A stretch of DNA of 64,000 nucleotides from Actinomycetes bacterium (GTDB lineage: Bacteria; Actinomycetota; Acidimicrobiia; Acidimicrobiales; JAMCQF01), in assembly GCA_021851885.1 (NCBI GenBank), contig JAJZBS010000001.1, positions 24,491 to 88,490 on the forward strand, written 5' to 3'. The notes below the pieces were generated by a model that made no database searches, had not been told where the DNA came from, and saw nothing but the letters and a program-made list of their open reading frames with translations. This document shows, one piece after another, positions 19,264 to 28,277 of this stretch (the first letter of the stretch is position 1; each line of letters begins with the position of its first letter). The translations under genes were made by a program, and so were the position numbers.

Positions 19264-20396
19264 CCCGCCGACACCTTAGGCCCGGCGACTCGCTCGTAGA
19301 TCGCACGGTAGCGGGCTGCAACCGCCTCCATCGAGAAGGAATGCGCGTGGACGGAGGCGGCCTGCCGTGCGGCGGCCGACGCTCTGCCACTGTGGCTCGC
19401 GGACTCGGCGAGTGCCCGCTTGAGCGAAGCGCTGAGAGCGGCGGCGTCGCCCGGGGGCACGAGGGCGGCGTGATCGCCTGCAAGCGCCCGGTAGCCGGGG
19501 ATGTCGCTTGCGATCACGGGCGTGCCCGCTGCCATCGCCTCGATGAGGACGATCCCGAACGACTCCCCACCGAGCGCCGGAGCGACGACGACCGCCGCGC
19601 TTTTCAACAGGCGGGCGACCTCGGCATCGGGAACCCTCCCCAGCCATTCGATGCCTTTGTCTCCATATCCAGCGCGGAGCCGGGGCCCTTCAGGCCCGTC
19701 GCCCGCCACCCACAGGACTGGTGCGGGACCCACGGCCGCGCCCGTTGCGCGGTCCGCCACGAGCCGGCGATAGGCGTCCAACAAGACGCCGAGACCTTTG
19801 CGGGTCTCGTGGCGGCCAACGAACAGGATGGCCGGCCCGGCACCCGACGCAGACGGCTCTGCCGCCGCGAAGTGCTCGACGTCGATGCCATTGGGGACGA
19901 TCTCGATCTCCCCGGCCGCCGGACCGAGAACGGCCCGGGCCGTTGTGCGCGCCTCGCCGGATACTGCTCCCCGCCACGCCAAGCGACGCGCGAGGCGCCC
20001 GAGCCCCCGGCCGGCGGCGACATAGCCCCGGCCGGCACCGGCCCGGTGGAACGTCCCGGCCATCGGGACCGTGCACGTCGCGAGCGCGGCCCACGTTGGC
20101 CCCGGGGCGAGCGGCTCGTGGAGGTGCACGACGTCGAAGCCGCCGCTGCGCAAGACGCGGGCCGCGCGCACGAGGGCTCGCGGCGCCAATGTGACCGGAG
20201 CGCGCGACCCGTTCGCCGGCACCGCGATCGTCGTGCCGACCGCCACGACGCCGTCGCCCGGGGCGGGACCGTCGCACGGTGCGACGATCACTGCGTCGCA
20301 GCCTCCGGCCACGAGCGCCCGGCGCAACCCGAGGACCTGGCCCTGGACCCCTCCGGGCACGCTCAGCGAGTACGGGCAGACCAGTGCGACGCGCAC
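19260..20396 (-). CDS. pimA: GT4 glycosyltransferase, phosphatidylinositol mannosyltransferase PimA-like
   Basis: MRVALVCPYSLSVPGGVQGQV, GT-B C-terminal EX7E-type region (GESFGIVLIEAMAAGTPV). Its position after pgsA and the acyltransferase matches the mycobacterial pgsA1-patA-pimA order as I recall it. Confidence 0.8.
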   Translation of the reverse strand: MRVALVCPYSLSVPGGVQGQVLGLRRALVAGGCDAVIVAPCDGPAPGDGVVAVGTTIAVPANGSRAPVTLAPRALVRAARVLRSGGFDVVHLHEPLAPGPTWAALATCTVPMAGTFHRAGAGRGYVAAGRGLGRLARRLAWRGAVSGEARTTARAVLGPAAGEIEIVPNGIDVEHFAAAEPSASGAGPAILFVGRHETRKGLGVLLDAYRRLVADRATGAAVGPAPVLWVAGDGPEGPRLRAGYGDKGIEWLGRVPDAEVARLLKSAAVVVAPALGGESFGIVLIEAMAAGTPVIASDIPGYRALAGDHAALVPPGDAAALSASLKRALAESASHSGRASAAARQAASVHAHSFSMEAVAARYRAIYERVAGPKVSAG

Positions 20397-20400
20397 GGTC

Positions 20401-21297
20401 TCAGCGTCCGGCCTGGCCCTCGGGCCAGTTCGGCTGGAAGACGTGCCACTGCTCCGGTGCTCGGCGGATGAGCTTCTCGAGCTCCGCTGCGATCGCCTGG
20501 GTCATTCCCACGATGTCCTCGCCCATCTTCCCCGTGCGCTCATAAGCGATCGGGGGTGCGATCACGCCGTAGTGACCGCCATCAGGACCCAGGTACACCG
20601 CCGTCGGGAGGACCGGCGCCCCGGTCCGCATGGACAGGGCCGCCGGGCCGCCGGGAAGTGTCGTCGTCGCGCCGAAGAACCCGACCGTAACCCCGTTGCC
20701 GACGATATCGCGGTCGCAGATCAGCCCGACGAGGCCTCCTGACCGCAGGGTTCGCAGGATCTCCCGCCCGGACCCCTCCCCCAGGGGCACGATGGTGAGC
20801 CCGAGCTTCGAGCGCTCGTTCACGAAAAACGAGAAAAGCTCGGGCGGGTCGAGAACCTCGGCCACCGCCGTCATCGGGTAACCGCAGTCCGCCAACCAAG
20901 CGCCTCCGAGCTCCCAGCCCCCGAGGTGCGGCAAGGCCATGATGACGCCTTTGCCCTGCGCGCTGGCTGCCACCAAGTGCTCCATGCCGTCGACATGAAC
21001 CATCTTTTCCCGGATCGTCGCCGGCGCGTACCTGCTCACGCGTGCGGACTCGACCCAGTAGCGCGCGTAGCTCAGGAACGCGCGGCGCACCAGCCCCTGG
21101 CGGGCACGGATGCTGAGTCCCGGCCCCACGACACGGTCCATGTGCCCCCCGACCACCGTCCGGGTCCCGGGCTGAGCCACCCACATAGCCCCCCCGACGA
21201 CGATGCCGGCAACGCGGGCAAGCGGTTCCGGAGCGGCTGCGAGAAAGCCGGCGAGGACCCGGTAGGTGAGGTACTTACGCGTCCCGCTCGGAAGCAC
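20401..21297 (-). CDS. Lauroyl/PIM acyltransferase (LpxL/HtrB family, PatA-like)
   Basis: HLGGWELGG (HX4-type acyltransferase motif region), LICDRDI, and its position between pgsA and pimA. The start is uncertain: GTG at 21297, or the track start at 21396. Either overlaps the pgsA 3' tail. Confidence 0.75.
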   Translation of the reverse strand: MLPSGTRKYLTYRVLAGFLAAAPEPLARVAGIVVGGAMWVAQPGTRTVVGGHMDRVVGPGLSIRARQGLVRRAFLSYARYWVESARVSRYAPATIREKMVHVDGMEHLVAASAQGKGVIMALPHLGGWELGGAWLADCGYPMTAVAEVLDPPELFSFFVNERSKLGLTIVPLGEGSGREILRTLRSGGLVGLICDRDIVGNGVTVGFFGATTTLPGGPAALSMRTGAPVLPTAVYLGPDGGHYGVIAPPIAYERTGKMGEDIVGMTQAIAAELEKLIRRAPEQWHVFQPNWPEGQAGR

Positions 21298-22186
21298 GAC
21301 GTTCCCGCGCCGGCACGGGCGCCCGGCTCCCACCGTCGGCTCGCCGGGAAGTACCGTCACGGCCCGACGCGCGCGCCCTGTCGGGCCGGCGTTCATGTGT
21401 CACACGTCCTCGCCGACGATCTGCCGAGCGCCGCAGGCGCTGCTCCCGCCACTCGCGCCAACGCGACTCCACCAAGCCCTGGCGCCACGCACCGGCATGG
21501 ATCGGCAGGCGCCCCGATAGCGGCGCGGCACCGTCGGCGCGCTCCGAGCTGCCACGCCGCTCACCGGCGCGTGTCACGACCAAGCGACGCGCCGAGCGCT
21601 GCGGTGCACCGCTCGCCTGCCGCCAGACCCGCACGAAACGTTGGACGGCGGTTGCGCCGACGAGCACGAGCATCGTCCAGAGGATCGGGACAAGGAGAAA
21701 GCTCGCGAGAAAGGCCACGCCGAGCAGGACGATCCGCTCGGCCCGTTCCATGAGGCCACCTTTGGCGACGTAACCCAAGGACTCGGCCTTCGCCCTCTCG
21801 TAGGAGACGAGGAAGCTCACGCCGAGAACCGCCAAGGGCAACACGGCGAGACGAGGATCGGCTTGGCCCGCGAGGTACCACGCGATGCCGCCGAACAGCA
21901 GAGCGTCGGTGACCCGGTCGGCGACGGAGTCGAAGAAGGCGCCCCGGTTCGACGCGGTTCCCTGCGCCTTGGCGAGCGGGCCGTCGAGGAGATCGGGCAC
22001 GCCACACGCGATCAACATCGCGACGGCGATCAGGAAGTGGCCGGTGGCGATGACGTAAGCCGCCGCCACCGCCATGACGAGGCCGACGAGGGTGAGGATG
22101 TCGGCGGTCAGCCCGAGCCGCTTCAGCGTGAGCGCCATCGGAGCTGTCTGCCTATCGACAGCACGCCTCCACTTCCCGTCGAACAT
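21275..22186 (-). CDS. pgsA: CDP-alcohol phosphatidyltransferase (phosphatidylinositol-phosphate synthase-like) with a roughly 100-aa Arg-rich C-terminal extension
   Basis: CDP-alcohol motif DLLDGPLAKAQGTASNRGAFFDSVADRVTD and a multi-TM core of about 200 aa. The remaining tail is low-complexity Arg-rich. Confidence 0.85.
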   Translation of the reverse strand: MFDGKWRRAVDRQTAPMALTLKRLGLTADILTLVGLVMAVAAAYVIATGHFLIAVAMLIACGVPDLLDGPLAKAQGTASNRGAFFDSVADRVTDALLFGGIAWYLAGQADPRLAVLPLAVLGVSFLVSYERAKAESLGYVAKGGLMERAERIVLLGVAFLASFLLVPILWTMLVLVGATAVQRFVRVWRQASGAPQRSARRLVVTRAGERRGSSERADGAAPLSGRLPIHAGAWRQGLVESRWREWREQRLRRSADRRRGRVTHERRPDRARASGRDGTSRRADGGSRAPVPARERRASERDA

Positions 22187-22448
22187 GCCTGCACCGGCTC
22201 CCTGCTGTCGCGGACTCCTCGCGCACCGTCTCGCTGCGCGCTTGCAACTGTAATCCTACCGGGATCTCGCCCCGGGGACCCAGGGCCTATCGACCCCCGG
22301 CCCCGCCTGCGCAAGCGCCAGAGCGCCGGTGGGGGGCCGGGGGCGTCGAGCCGGGAGGGCTGGTCGCGCCCAGGCAAAGGCTTTAGGCTGCGGAGGCGCC
22401 GCCCAGGAGTCTGGGTCCGGCCACAACAAACAAGCGAGGTGAGCAGCG

Positions 22449-24512
22449 TTGCAGAGCTTCCCGCCGTCGAATATCCGGAATGTGGCTCTCGTTGGCCACT
22501 CGGGGGCCGGGAAGACGACCCTCGCCGAGGCGCTCCTGTTCTCGGCCAAGGCCATCCCGCGACTCGGCCGCGTCGAGGACGGCACGGCGACCTGTGACTT
22601 CGACCCGGAAGAGGTCAAGCGCACGATGTCGCTGTCCACCGCCCTCGCCGCCTTCGAGACAGGCGGCTACCGGATCAACATGCTCGACACGCCGGGGTAC
22701 GCCGACTTCTCCGCCGAGGTGACGGCGGCATTGTCCGTCGCCGATCTCGCCGTCGTCGTCGTGAGCGCCGTCGACGGGGTCGAGGTACGCACCGAAGCCG
22801 TCTGGGAGATGGCGGCCGACCTCGGTGTCGCACGCATGGTCTTCGTCTCCAAGCTCGACCGCGAGCGCGCCTCGTTCACGCGCACGCTTGACGAGCTGCG
22901 GGACAGGTTTGGCTCCGGCATCGCCCCCCTCGAGCTGCCGATCGGCGAGGAGGGCGCCTTCTCGGGAGTCGCCGACCTTCTGAGCGACACGGCCGTCACC
23001 TACAAGGGGGCCATCGCGACGACCGGTCCCATTCCCGACGATCTGGCAGCGAACGAGCACGCGGTCCGGGAAGCGCTCGTCGAGGGGATCGTCGTCGGCG
23101 ACGACACGCTCATGGAGCGTTACCTGGACGGTGATGTGCCGTCCTACCCGGAGCTCGAGGCGGCTCTCGCCGGCGGGGTCGCCTCCGGATCGGTCTTCCC
23201 CGTCGTGTGCGGGTCGGCGACCAAGGAGATCGCCATCGACCGCCTCGCCGCTCTTATCTGCGAGATCGGCCCGACGCCGGACGCCAAGACGGTGACCGTC
23301 GCGGCAGGGGGCGACGACCACGAGGTCGCGTGCGATCCCACCGGCCCCCCCCTCGCCCGGGTGTTCAAGACCATCGCCGATCCCTACGTGGGTCGCATCT
23401 CACTCCTGCGCGTGATCTCGGGAACGATCCGTCCTGACGCCACTCTCGTCAACTCCCGCACCCACGAGGAGGAGCGCCTCCACACCCTCGAGACCTTGCG
23501 CGGCAAAGAGGCCCTCGCGGTCCCCGAGGCGAAGGCCGGTGACATCGTCGCCGTCCCCAAGCTCGCGAGCGCCGCGACCGGAGACACCTTGGCCCCCAAG
23601 GGGACCCCGGTGACCCTTCCCCCGCTGCCATTCGGCCAAACCAGCCTTTCCATCGCCGTGACACCTCGATCAAAGGCCGACGAGGACAAGCTCATGACCG
23701 GGCTCCACCGCCTCCAAGACGAGGACCCCACTCTCGTCGTCACCCGCAACGACGAGACCCACCAGACCGTCCTTTCCGGCACAGGCGAGACCCACCTCGC
23801 CGTCGTCGCCGAACGGCTCCAGCGCAAGTACGGGGTCGAAGTGGCCACCGAGGAGCTACGCGTCGCCTATCGCGAGACCATCACCGCTACGGCCGAGGCC
23901 GAGGGCAAGCACAAGAAACAGTCCGGTGGTCACGGGCAGTTCGGCGTCGCGTCCATCCGCATCGAGCCCCTCGATCGCGGTGCCGGCTACGAGTTCGTCG
24001 ACAAGATCGTCGGCGGCGCCATTCCGCGCCAGTTCATACCGGCGGTCGACAAGGGCATCGCGGAGACGATGACGTCAGGCGGATTGCTCGGCTACCCCGT
24101 TGTCGACGTGCGCGTGACCTGCTTCGACGGCAAGTACCACCCGGTCGACTCCTCGGAGGTCTCCTTCAAGATGGCAGGCTCCCTCGCGTTCAAAGCGGCC
24201 CTGGAGCAGGCGAAACCGGTCCTCTTGGAGCCGATCGCGCGCATCGAGGTCACCGCCCCTGCGTCATCCCAGGGCGACGTCCTCGGTGATCTGAACGCGC
24301 GTCGCGGAAGGGTCCTGGGGACCGAGACCACGAACGCCGGCGACCAGGTGGTGGTCGCGCTCGTCCCGGAGGCGGAGATCCAGCGCTACGCCGTCGACCT
24401 CCGCTCCCTGACCGCGGGAAGGGGCACCTTCCGCCTGGAGCACGACCACTACGACGTCGTCCCGGCGCCGATCGCCGCCAAGGTCACCAAGGAGTCGGCA
24501 CGACCCTCGTGA
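22449..24512 (+). CDS. fusA2: Elongation factor G paralog (EF-G2-like translational GTPase)
   Basis: G domain with a variant P-loop VALVGHSGAGKTTLAEALL, DTPGYADF, and EF-G domains II-V (e.g. GKHKKQSGGHGQFG). TTG start with GAGGTGAG upstream. Confidence 0.88.
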   Translation: MQSFPPSNIRNVALVGHSGAGKTTLAEALLFSAKAIPRLGRVEDGTATCDFDPEEVKRTMSLSTALAAFETGGYRINMLDTPGYADFSAEVTAALSVADLAVVVVSAVDGVEVRTEAVWEMAADLGVARMVFVSKLDRERASFTRTLDELRDRFGSGIAPLELPIGEEGAFSGVADLLSDTAVTYKGAIATTGPIPDDLAANEHAVREALVEGIVVGDDTLMERYLDGDVPSYPELEAALAGGVASGSVFPVVCGSATKEIAIDRLAALICEIGPTPDAKTVTVAAGGDDHEVACDPTGPPLARVFKTIADPYVGRISLLRVISGTIRPDATLVNSRTHEEERLHTLETLRGKEALAVPEAKAGDIVAVPKLASAATGDTLAPKGTPVTLPPLPFGQTSLSIAVTPRSKADEDKLMTGLHRLQDEDPTLVVTRNDETHQTVLSGTGETHLAVVAERLQRKYGVEVATEELRVAYRETITATAEAEGKHKKQSGGHGQFGVASIRIEPLDRGAGYEFVDKIVGGAIPRQFIPAVDKGIAETMTSGGLLGYPVVDVRVTCFDGKYHPVDSSEVSFKMAGSLAFKAALEQAKPVLLEPIARIEVTAPASSQGDVLGDLNARRGRVLGTETTNAGDQVVVALVPEAEIQRYAVDLRSLTAGRGTFRLEHDHYDVVPAPIAAKVTKESARPS

Positions 24513-24513
24513 C

Positions 24514-24543
24514 GAGCGCCACGGGCAACGCAGCGTGGCGCTC
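24514..24543. terminator. Perfect 10-bp stem hairpin between the convergent fusA2 and HIT genes; candidate bidirectional intrinsic terminator without a U-tract
   Basis: gagcgccacg (24514-24523) pairs with cgtggcgctc (24534-24543) across a 10-nt loop. The hairpin starts 2 nt after the fusA2 stop. Confidence 0.55.
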
Positions 24544-24628
24544 CCCGAGGACCGCGTTGGGACGGCGGTCTCACCCGCAGCGGGCGCTCGACTCTCGGTG
24601 ACGGGCGATCCTGTCGATTGCGAGGTCG

Positions 24629-25144
24629 CTATTGGGGCGGGGCCCAGGCTGCGACGAGACGACGCCAGGTGCTCGGCAACGTCTCTGGCATGACGCGCAC
24701 GTCGGCGACGGTGGTCATGAAGTTCGTGTCCCCGACCCAGCGCGGCAGGACGTGCATGTGGACGTGGCCTGGCAGCCCGGCCCCAGCCGCGCGCCCGAGA
24801 TTCGCCCCCATGTTCACCCCGTCGGGGCCGTAAGCACGCTCGACGGCGCCGATCGCGGCAACGGTCGTCGTCCAGAGCTCTTCGAACTCCTCGCGATCGA
24901 GATCGTCCAGGCGAGCGACATGACGCTTCGGCACGACGAGCATGTGGCCCGTTGTGTACGGATAGGCGTTGAGAACGACCATACATGTCGAGCCGCGATG
25001 TACGACGAGGGCCGCCTCGGCGTCTTCGCTTCCGGCGAGGCCACAGAAGACGCATGTGCCCGGATCGCCATCGGCGCCTGCCGGGGAATCGACGGACGCG
25101 ACGTACGCGCTGCGCCAGCCCGCCCAGATGCGCCCGGCACTCAC
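24629..25144 (-). CDS. HIT family protein (Ap4A phosphorylase / nucleotidyl-transferase-like)
   Basis: Histidine triad GHVHMHVLPR, LNAYPYTTGHMLVVPKRH. The GTG at 25144 overlaps the thrS stop (GTGA). The upstream 337 aa of the track ORF are junk antisense/off-frame to thrS. Confidence 0.88.
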   Translation of the reverse strand: MSAGRIWAGWRSAYVASVDSPAGADGDPGTCVFCGLAGSEDAEAALVVHRGSTCMVVLNAYPYTTGHMLVVPKRHVARLDDLDREEFEELWTTTVAAIGAVERAYGPDGVNMGANLGRAAGAGLPGHVHMHVLPRWVGDTNFMTTVADVRVMPETLPSTWRRLVAAWAPPQ

Positions 25145-27147
25145 CCGAGCACCTTGCCGGGTGGCCCGTCGCCCAGGTGGCTGCCGATCACCGCGGCGAG
25201 GTCGGCGACGAGCGTGTCCACCGGCACGCCGCGCTCCGGCCGGCTCGCTCCCCGCCAGTTCACCCCAACCGTGCCGGCGGCGATGTCGTCGTCCCCGACG
25301 ACAAGGACACACGGCACCTTGTCGAGCTTGGCCCGTCGGATGCGCGCCCCCAGAGGCTCGTCGGCCGGCCCGACGTCGACGCGCACGCTGCCAGCGGCGA
25401 GCCTTTGAGCGACATCGGCGGCGTACTGCTCGTGGTCTCCGCGGACCGCCAGCACCCGGGCCTGGACAGGCGCCAGCCACACGGGCAGTGCGCCGGCATA
25501 GTGCTCGATGAGCATGGCCATGAAACGCTCGACAGAGCCGAAGAGCGCCCTGTGGACCATGTAGGGCCTGTGGCGGACGTTGTCGGCCCCCACGTACTCG
25601 AGCCCGAACCGCTGTGGGAGCTGGAGGTCCACCTGCAGGGTCGAGACCTGCCACCTCCGACCGATGGCGTCGCGCAAATGGATGTCGAGCTTGGGCGCGT
25701 AGAACGATCCTTCTCCAACGGCCATGACGTACGGCATCCCAGCCGCTTCGACGGCCTCGACGAGGGCCGATGTCGCTTCCTCCCACTCCTGCTCGTCGCC
25801 GACGAACTTGTCGGGGCGGGTCGCGACCTCCGCTTCGAAGTCGGTGAGACCGAAGGCCCCGAGCATGCGCAGGACGAAGGAGACGAGGCCCACGAGCTCG
25901 TCGCGCAGCTGTTCCGGGGCACAGAAGATGTGCGAGTCGTCCTGGGTGAGAGCGCGCACCCGCGCAAGGCCGTGGAGGACACCCGAGCGCTCGAATCGGT
26001 AGACGGTGCCGAGCTCGAACAGCCGCATGGGAAGCTCCCGGTATGACCGCGCCCGGCTCGCGTAGACGAGGATGTGCATGGGGCAGTTCATCGGCTTGAG
26101 GTGGTAGGTCGCGCCCTCCATCTCCATGGGGGGATACATGGCTTCTGCGTACCAACCGAGATGCCCTGACGTCTCGAACAGGGTCGACTTCGCCAGGTGC
26201 GGCGTCCAGACGAGCTGGTACCCGGAGGCGAGATGCTCCTGCTCGGAATAGCTCTCCAGGAGGTGGCGTACGAGCGCACCGTTCGGGTGGAACACCGGGA
26301 GGCCCCCACCGATCTCCGGCGGGAAGTGGAACAGGTCGAGCTCCGCTCCGATCTTGCGATGGTCGCGCCGTTCCGCTTCGGCCAAGCGGTGGAGGTGCTC
26401 GCCAAGCGCGGCGTCCGACTCCCAGGCTGTCCCGTAGATGCGCTGGAGTTGAGGGCGCTTCTCGTCGCCGCGCCAGTAGGCACCGGCAACCCGCATGAGC
26501 TTGAACGATCCAAGGCGACCCGTCGACGGGACGTGAGGACCCCGGCAGAGATCGACGAATCCCGCTGTGTTGCGATAGGCACTGACCCCGCCCGCAGCGA
26601 CGCCCTCTGCCGCGTCGGCCACCTCCCCGGATTCAGTCGCGGGCGCGGACTCGGCGACGCCCCGGATGATCTCCACCTTGTACGGCTGGTCGGCGAAGAG
26701 GGCAAGGCCCCCCTCGATGGAGTGCTCCTCGCGCACGAACGGCTGGTCCTCGGCGACGATCTCCCTCATGCGCGCCTCGATACGCCCGAGGTCCTCGTCG
26801 CTGAAGTGCCCATCGCCGGGAAGGGAGAAGTCGTAGTAGAAGCCGTCGGCGATCGGCGGGCCGATGGCGTAGTGCGCACCGGGCCACAGGTCGCACACCG
26901 CCTGCGCGAGCACGTGCGCCGTCGAGTGGCGCAGCACGTCACGGCCTTCGGGGCTCTGCCGGGTCACGATGGCGACGCTCTGCCCATCGGCCAGAGGAGT
27001 CGACAGATCGACCTCTCGACCGTCGACAACGGCGGCAACGGCGTCGGCTGCAAGGCGCTTGCCGATGGATGCAGCAAGATCCGCGGCTGTGGCACCGGCG
27101 GCGAGGGAGCGCTCGGTGCCGTCGGGAAGTGCGACGGTGATCGTCAC
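25141..27147 (-). CDS. thrS: Threonine--tRNA ligase
   Basis: TGS domain (VTITVALPDGTERS), editing-domain HSTAHVLAQAV, class II core (FRFERSGVLHGLARVRALTQDD, YAPKLD), anticodon-binding C-terminus. The GTG at 27147 overlaps the mshC stop (GTGA). Confidence 0.93.
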   Translation of the reverse strand: MTITVALPDGTERSLAAGATAADLAASIGKRLAADAVAAVVDGREVDLSTPLADGQSVAIVTRQSPEGRDVLRHSTAHVLAQAVCDLWPGAHYAIGPPIADGFYYDFSLPGDGHFSDEDLGRIEARMREIVAEDQPFVREEHSIEGGLALFADQPYKVEIIRGVAESAPATESGEVADAAEGVAAGGVSAYRNTAGFVDLCRGPHVPSTGRLGSFKLMRVAGAYWRGDEKRPQLQRIYGTAWESDAALGEHLHRLAEAERRDHRKIGAELDLFHFPPEIGGGLPVFHPNGALVRHLLESYSEQEHLASGYQLVWTPHLAKSTLFETSGHLGWYAEAMYPPMEMEGATYHLKPMNCPMHILVYASRARSYRELPMRLFELGTVYRFERSGVLHGLARVRALTQDDSHIFCAPEQLRDELVGLVSFVLRMLGAFGLTDFEAEVATRPDKFVGDEQEWEEATSALVEAVEAAGMPYVMAVGEGSFYAPKLDIHLRDAIGRRWQVSTLQVDLQLPQRFGLEYVGADNVRHRPYMVHRALFGSVERFMAMLIEHYAGALPVWLAPVQARVLAVRGDHEQYAADVAQRLAAGSVRVDVGPADEPLGARIRRAKLDKVPCVLVVGDDDIAAGTVGVNWRGASRPERGVPVDTLVADLAAVIGSHLGDGPPGKVLG

Positions 27148-28277
27148 AGCTCCACCCCGAGGAGGGCCGCTGCAGCGCTGACGTCGCCGCCTGCGCGCGC
27201 GACGCCGTCGACGGCTTCGAGGGCGCTTGGCGTGTCGAGATCGTCGTCGAGGCACGCACGCGCTCCTTCAAGTGCCCGGCTCCCGTCGTCGGCCCTGTTC
27301 GTGCGCGCTGCGCGGCGCCACAGGGCGAGGCGTTCTGCGGCCGCGCCGAGACGGACCGGCTGCCACTCACAACGCGCCCGGTAGTGGTGGCCCAGCAAGG
27401 CGAGACGCACCACCATGGCCTCGTGGTCTTTGAGCAGATCCGAGACGAAGACGAGGTTGCCGAGCGACTTCGACATCTTGACGCCGTCGAGACAGACCAT
27501 CCCGACGTGCATCCAGTGGCGTGCGAGCGGGGCTCCCGTCACGCCTTCGGACTGCGCGATCTCGCACTCGTGATGGGGGAAGACAAGGTCGTTCCCGCCG
27601 CCGTGGAGATCGATCGTCTCGCCAAGCTCCCGCAAGACCAGAGCGGAGCACTCGATGTGCCAGCCGGGCCTGCCGGGACCCCAGCGGGACTCCCATGACG
27701 GCTCCCCGGCAGCCGACGGCTGCCACAGGACGAAGTCGAGCGGGTCGCGCTTGGCGGGATCCTCTGGCTTTCCACCGCGCTCGGCCGCCAGATGCAACAT
27801 CTCGTCCCTGTCGAGACCTGACAGCTCGCCAAAACGGGCTGCTCGCGCAATGTCAAAGTACACGGCGCCGCCAGCCTGGTAGGCGACGCCTTTCTCGAGG
27901 AGCCGGGCCACCATGGACAGGACGTCGGAGATCGCCGACGTCGCCCGCGGCTCGGCGTCAGGGCGCCGGATCCCGATCGCGTCCATGTCGGCATCGAAGC
28001 GGGCAAGCTCGCCCGCGGCGAGGTCCAGGTAGTGCACGTCGAGCTCGCGCGCTTTGCGGAGGAGGTCGTCGTCGACGTCGGTCACGTTGCGGACGAGGCA
28101 GGTCGCCTTCCCGAGATCGGCCAGCCGCCGGCAGAGGACGTCGAAGGCCAAGTACGTCGCGGCGTGACCGAGGTGGGCGGCGTCGTATGGCGTGATGCCG
28201 CAGGTGTAGATGGTCGCCGGGTCCCCCGGGGCGAAGGGGACCACCTCGGCGCGCGCAGTGTCGAAAAGACGGATCAC
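27144..28277 (-). CDS. mshC: L-cysteine:1D-myo-inositol 2-amino-2-deoxy-alpha-D-glucopyranoside ligase (mycothiol ligase, CysRS paralog)
   Basis: CGITPYDAAHLGHAATYLAFD (HIGH), AERGGKPEDPAKRDPLDFVLWQ, EPSWESRWGPGRPGWHIECSA, KMSKSLGN, DDLDTPSAL, C-terminal LLGVEL. It is short and lacks a CysRS anticodon domain, which matches mycobacterial MshC as I recall it. The GTG at 28277 overlaps the upstream stop (GTGA). Confidence 0.82.
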   Translation of the reverse strand: MIRLFDTARAEVVPFAPGDPATIYTCGITPYDAAHLGHAATYLAFDVLCRRLADLGKATCLVRNVTDVDDDLLRKARELDVHYLDLAAGELARFDADMDAIGIRRPDAEPRATSAISDVLSMVARLLEKGVAYQAGGAVYFDIARAARFGELSGLDRDEMLHLAAERGGKPEDPAKRDPLDFVLWQPSAAGEPSWESRWGPGRPGWHIECSALVLRELGETIDLHGGGNDLVFPHHECEIAQSEGVTGAPLARHWMHVGMVCLDGVKMSKSLGNLVFVSDLLKDHEAMVVRLALLGHHYRARCEWQPVRLGAAAERLALWRRAARTNRADDGSRALEGARACLDDDLDTPSALEAVDGVARAGGDVSAAAALLGVEL

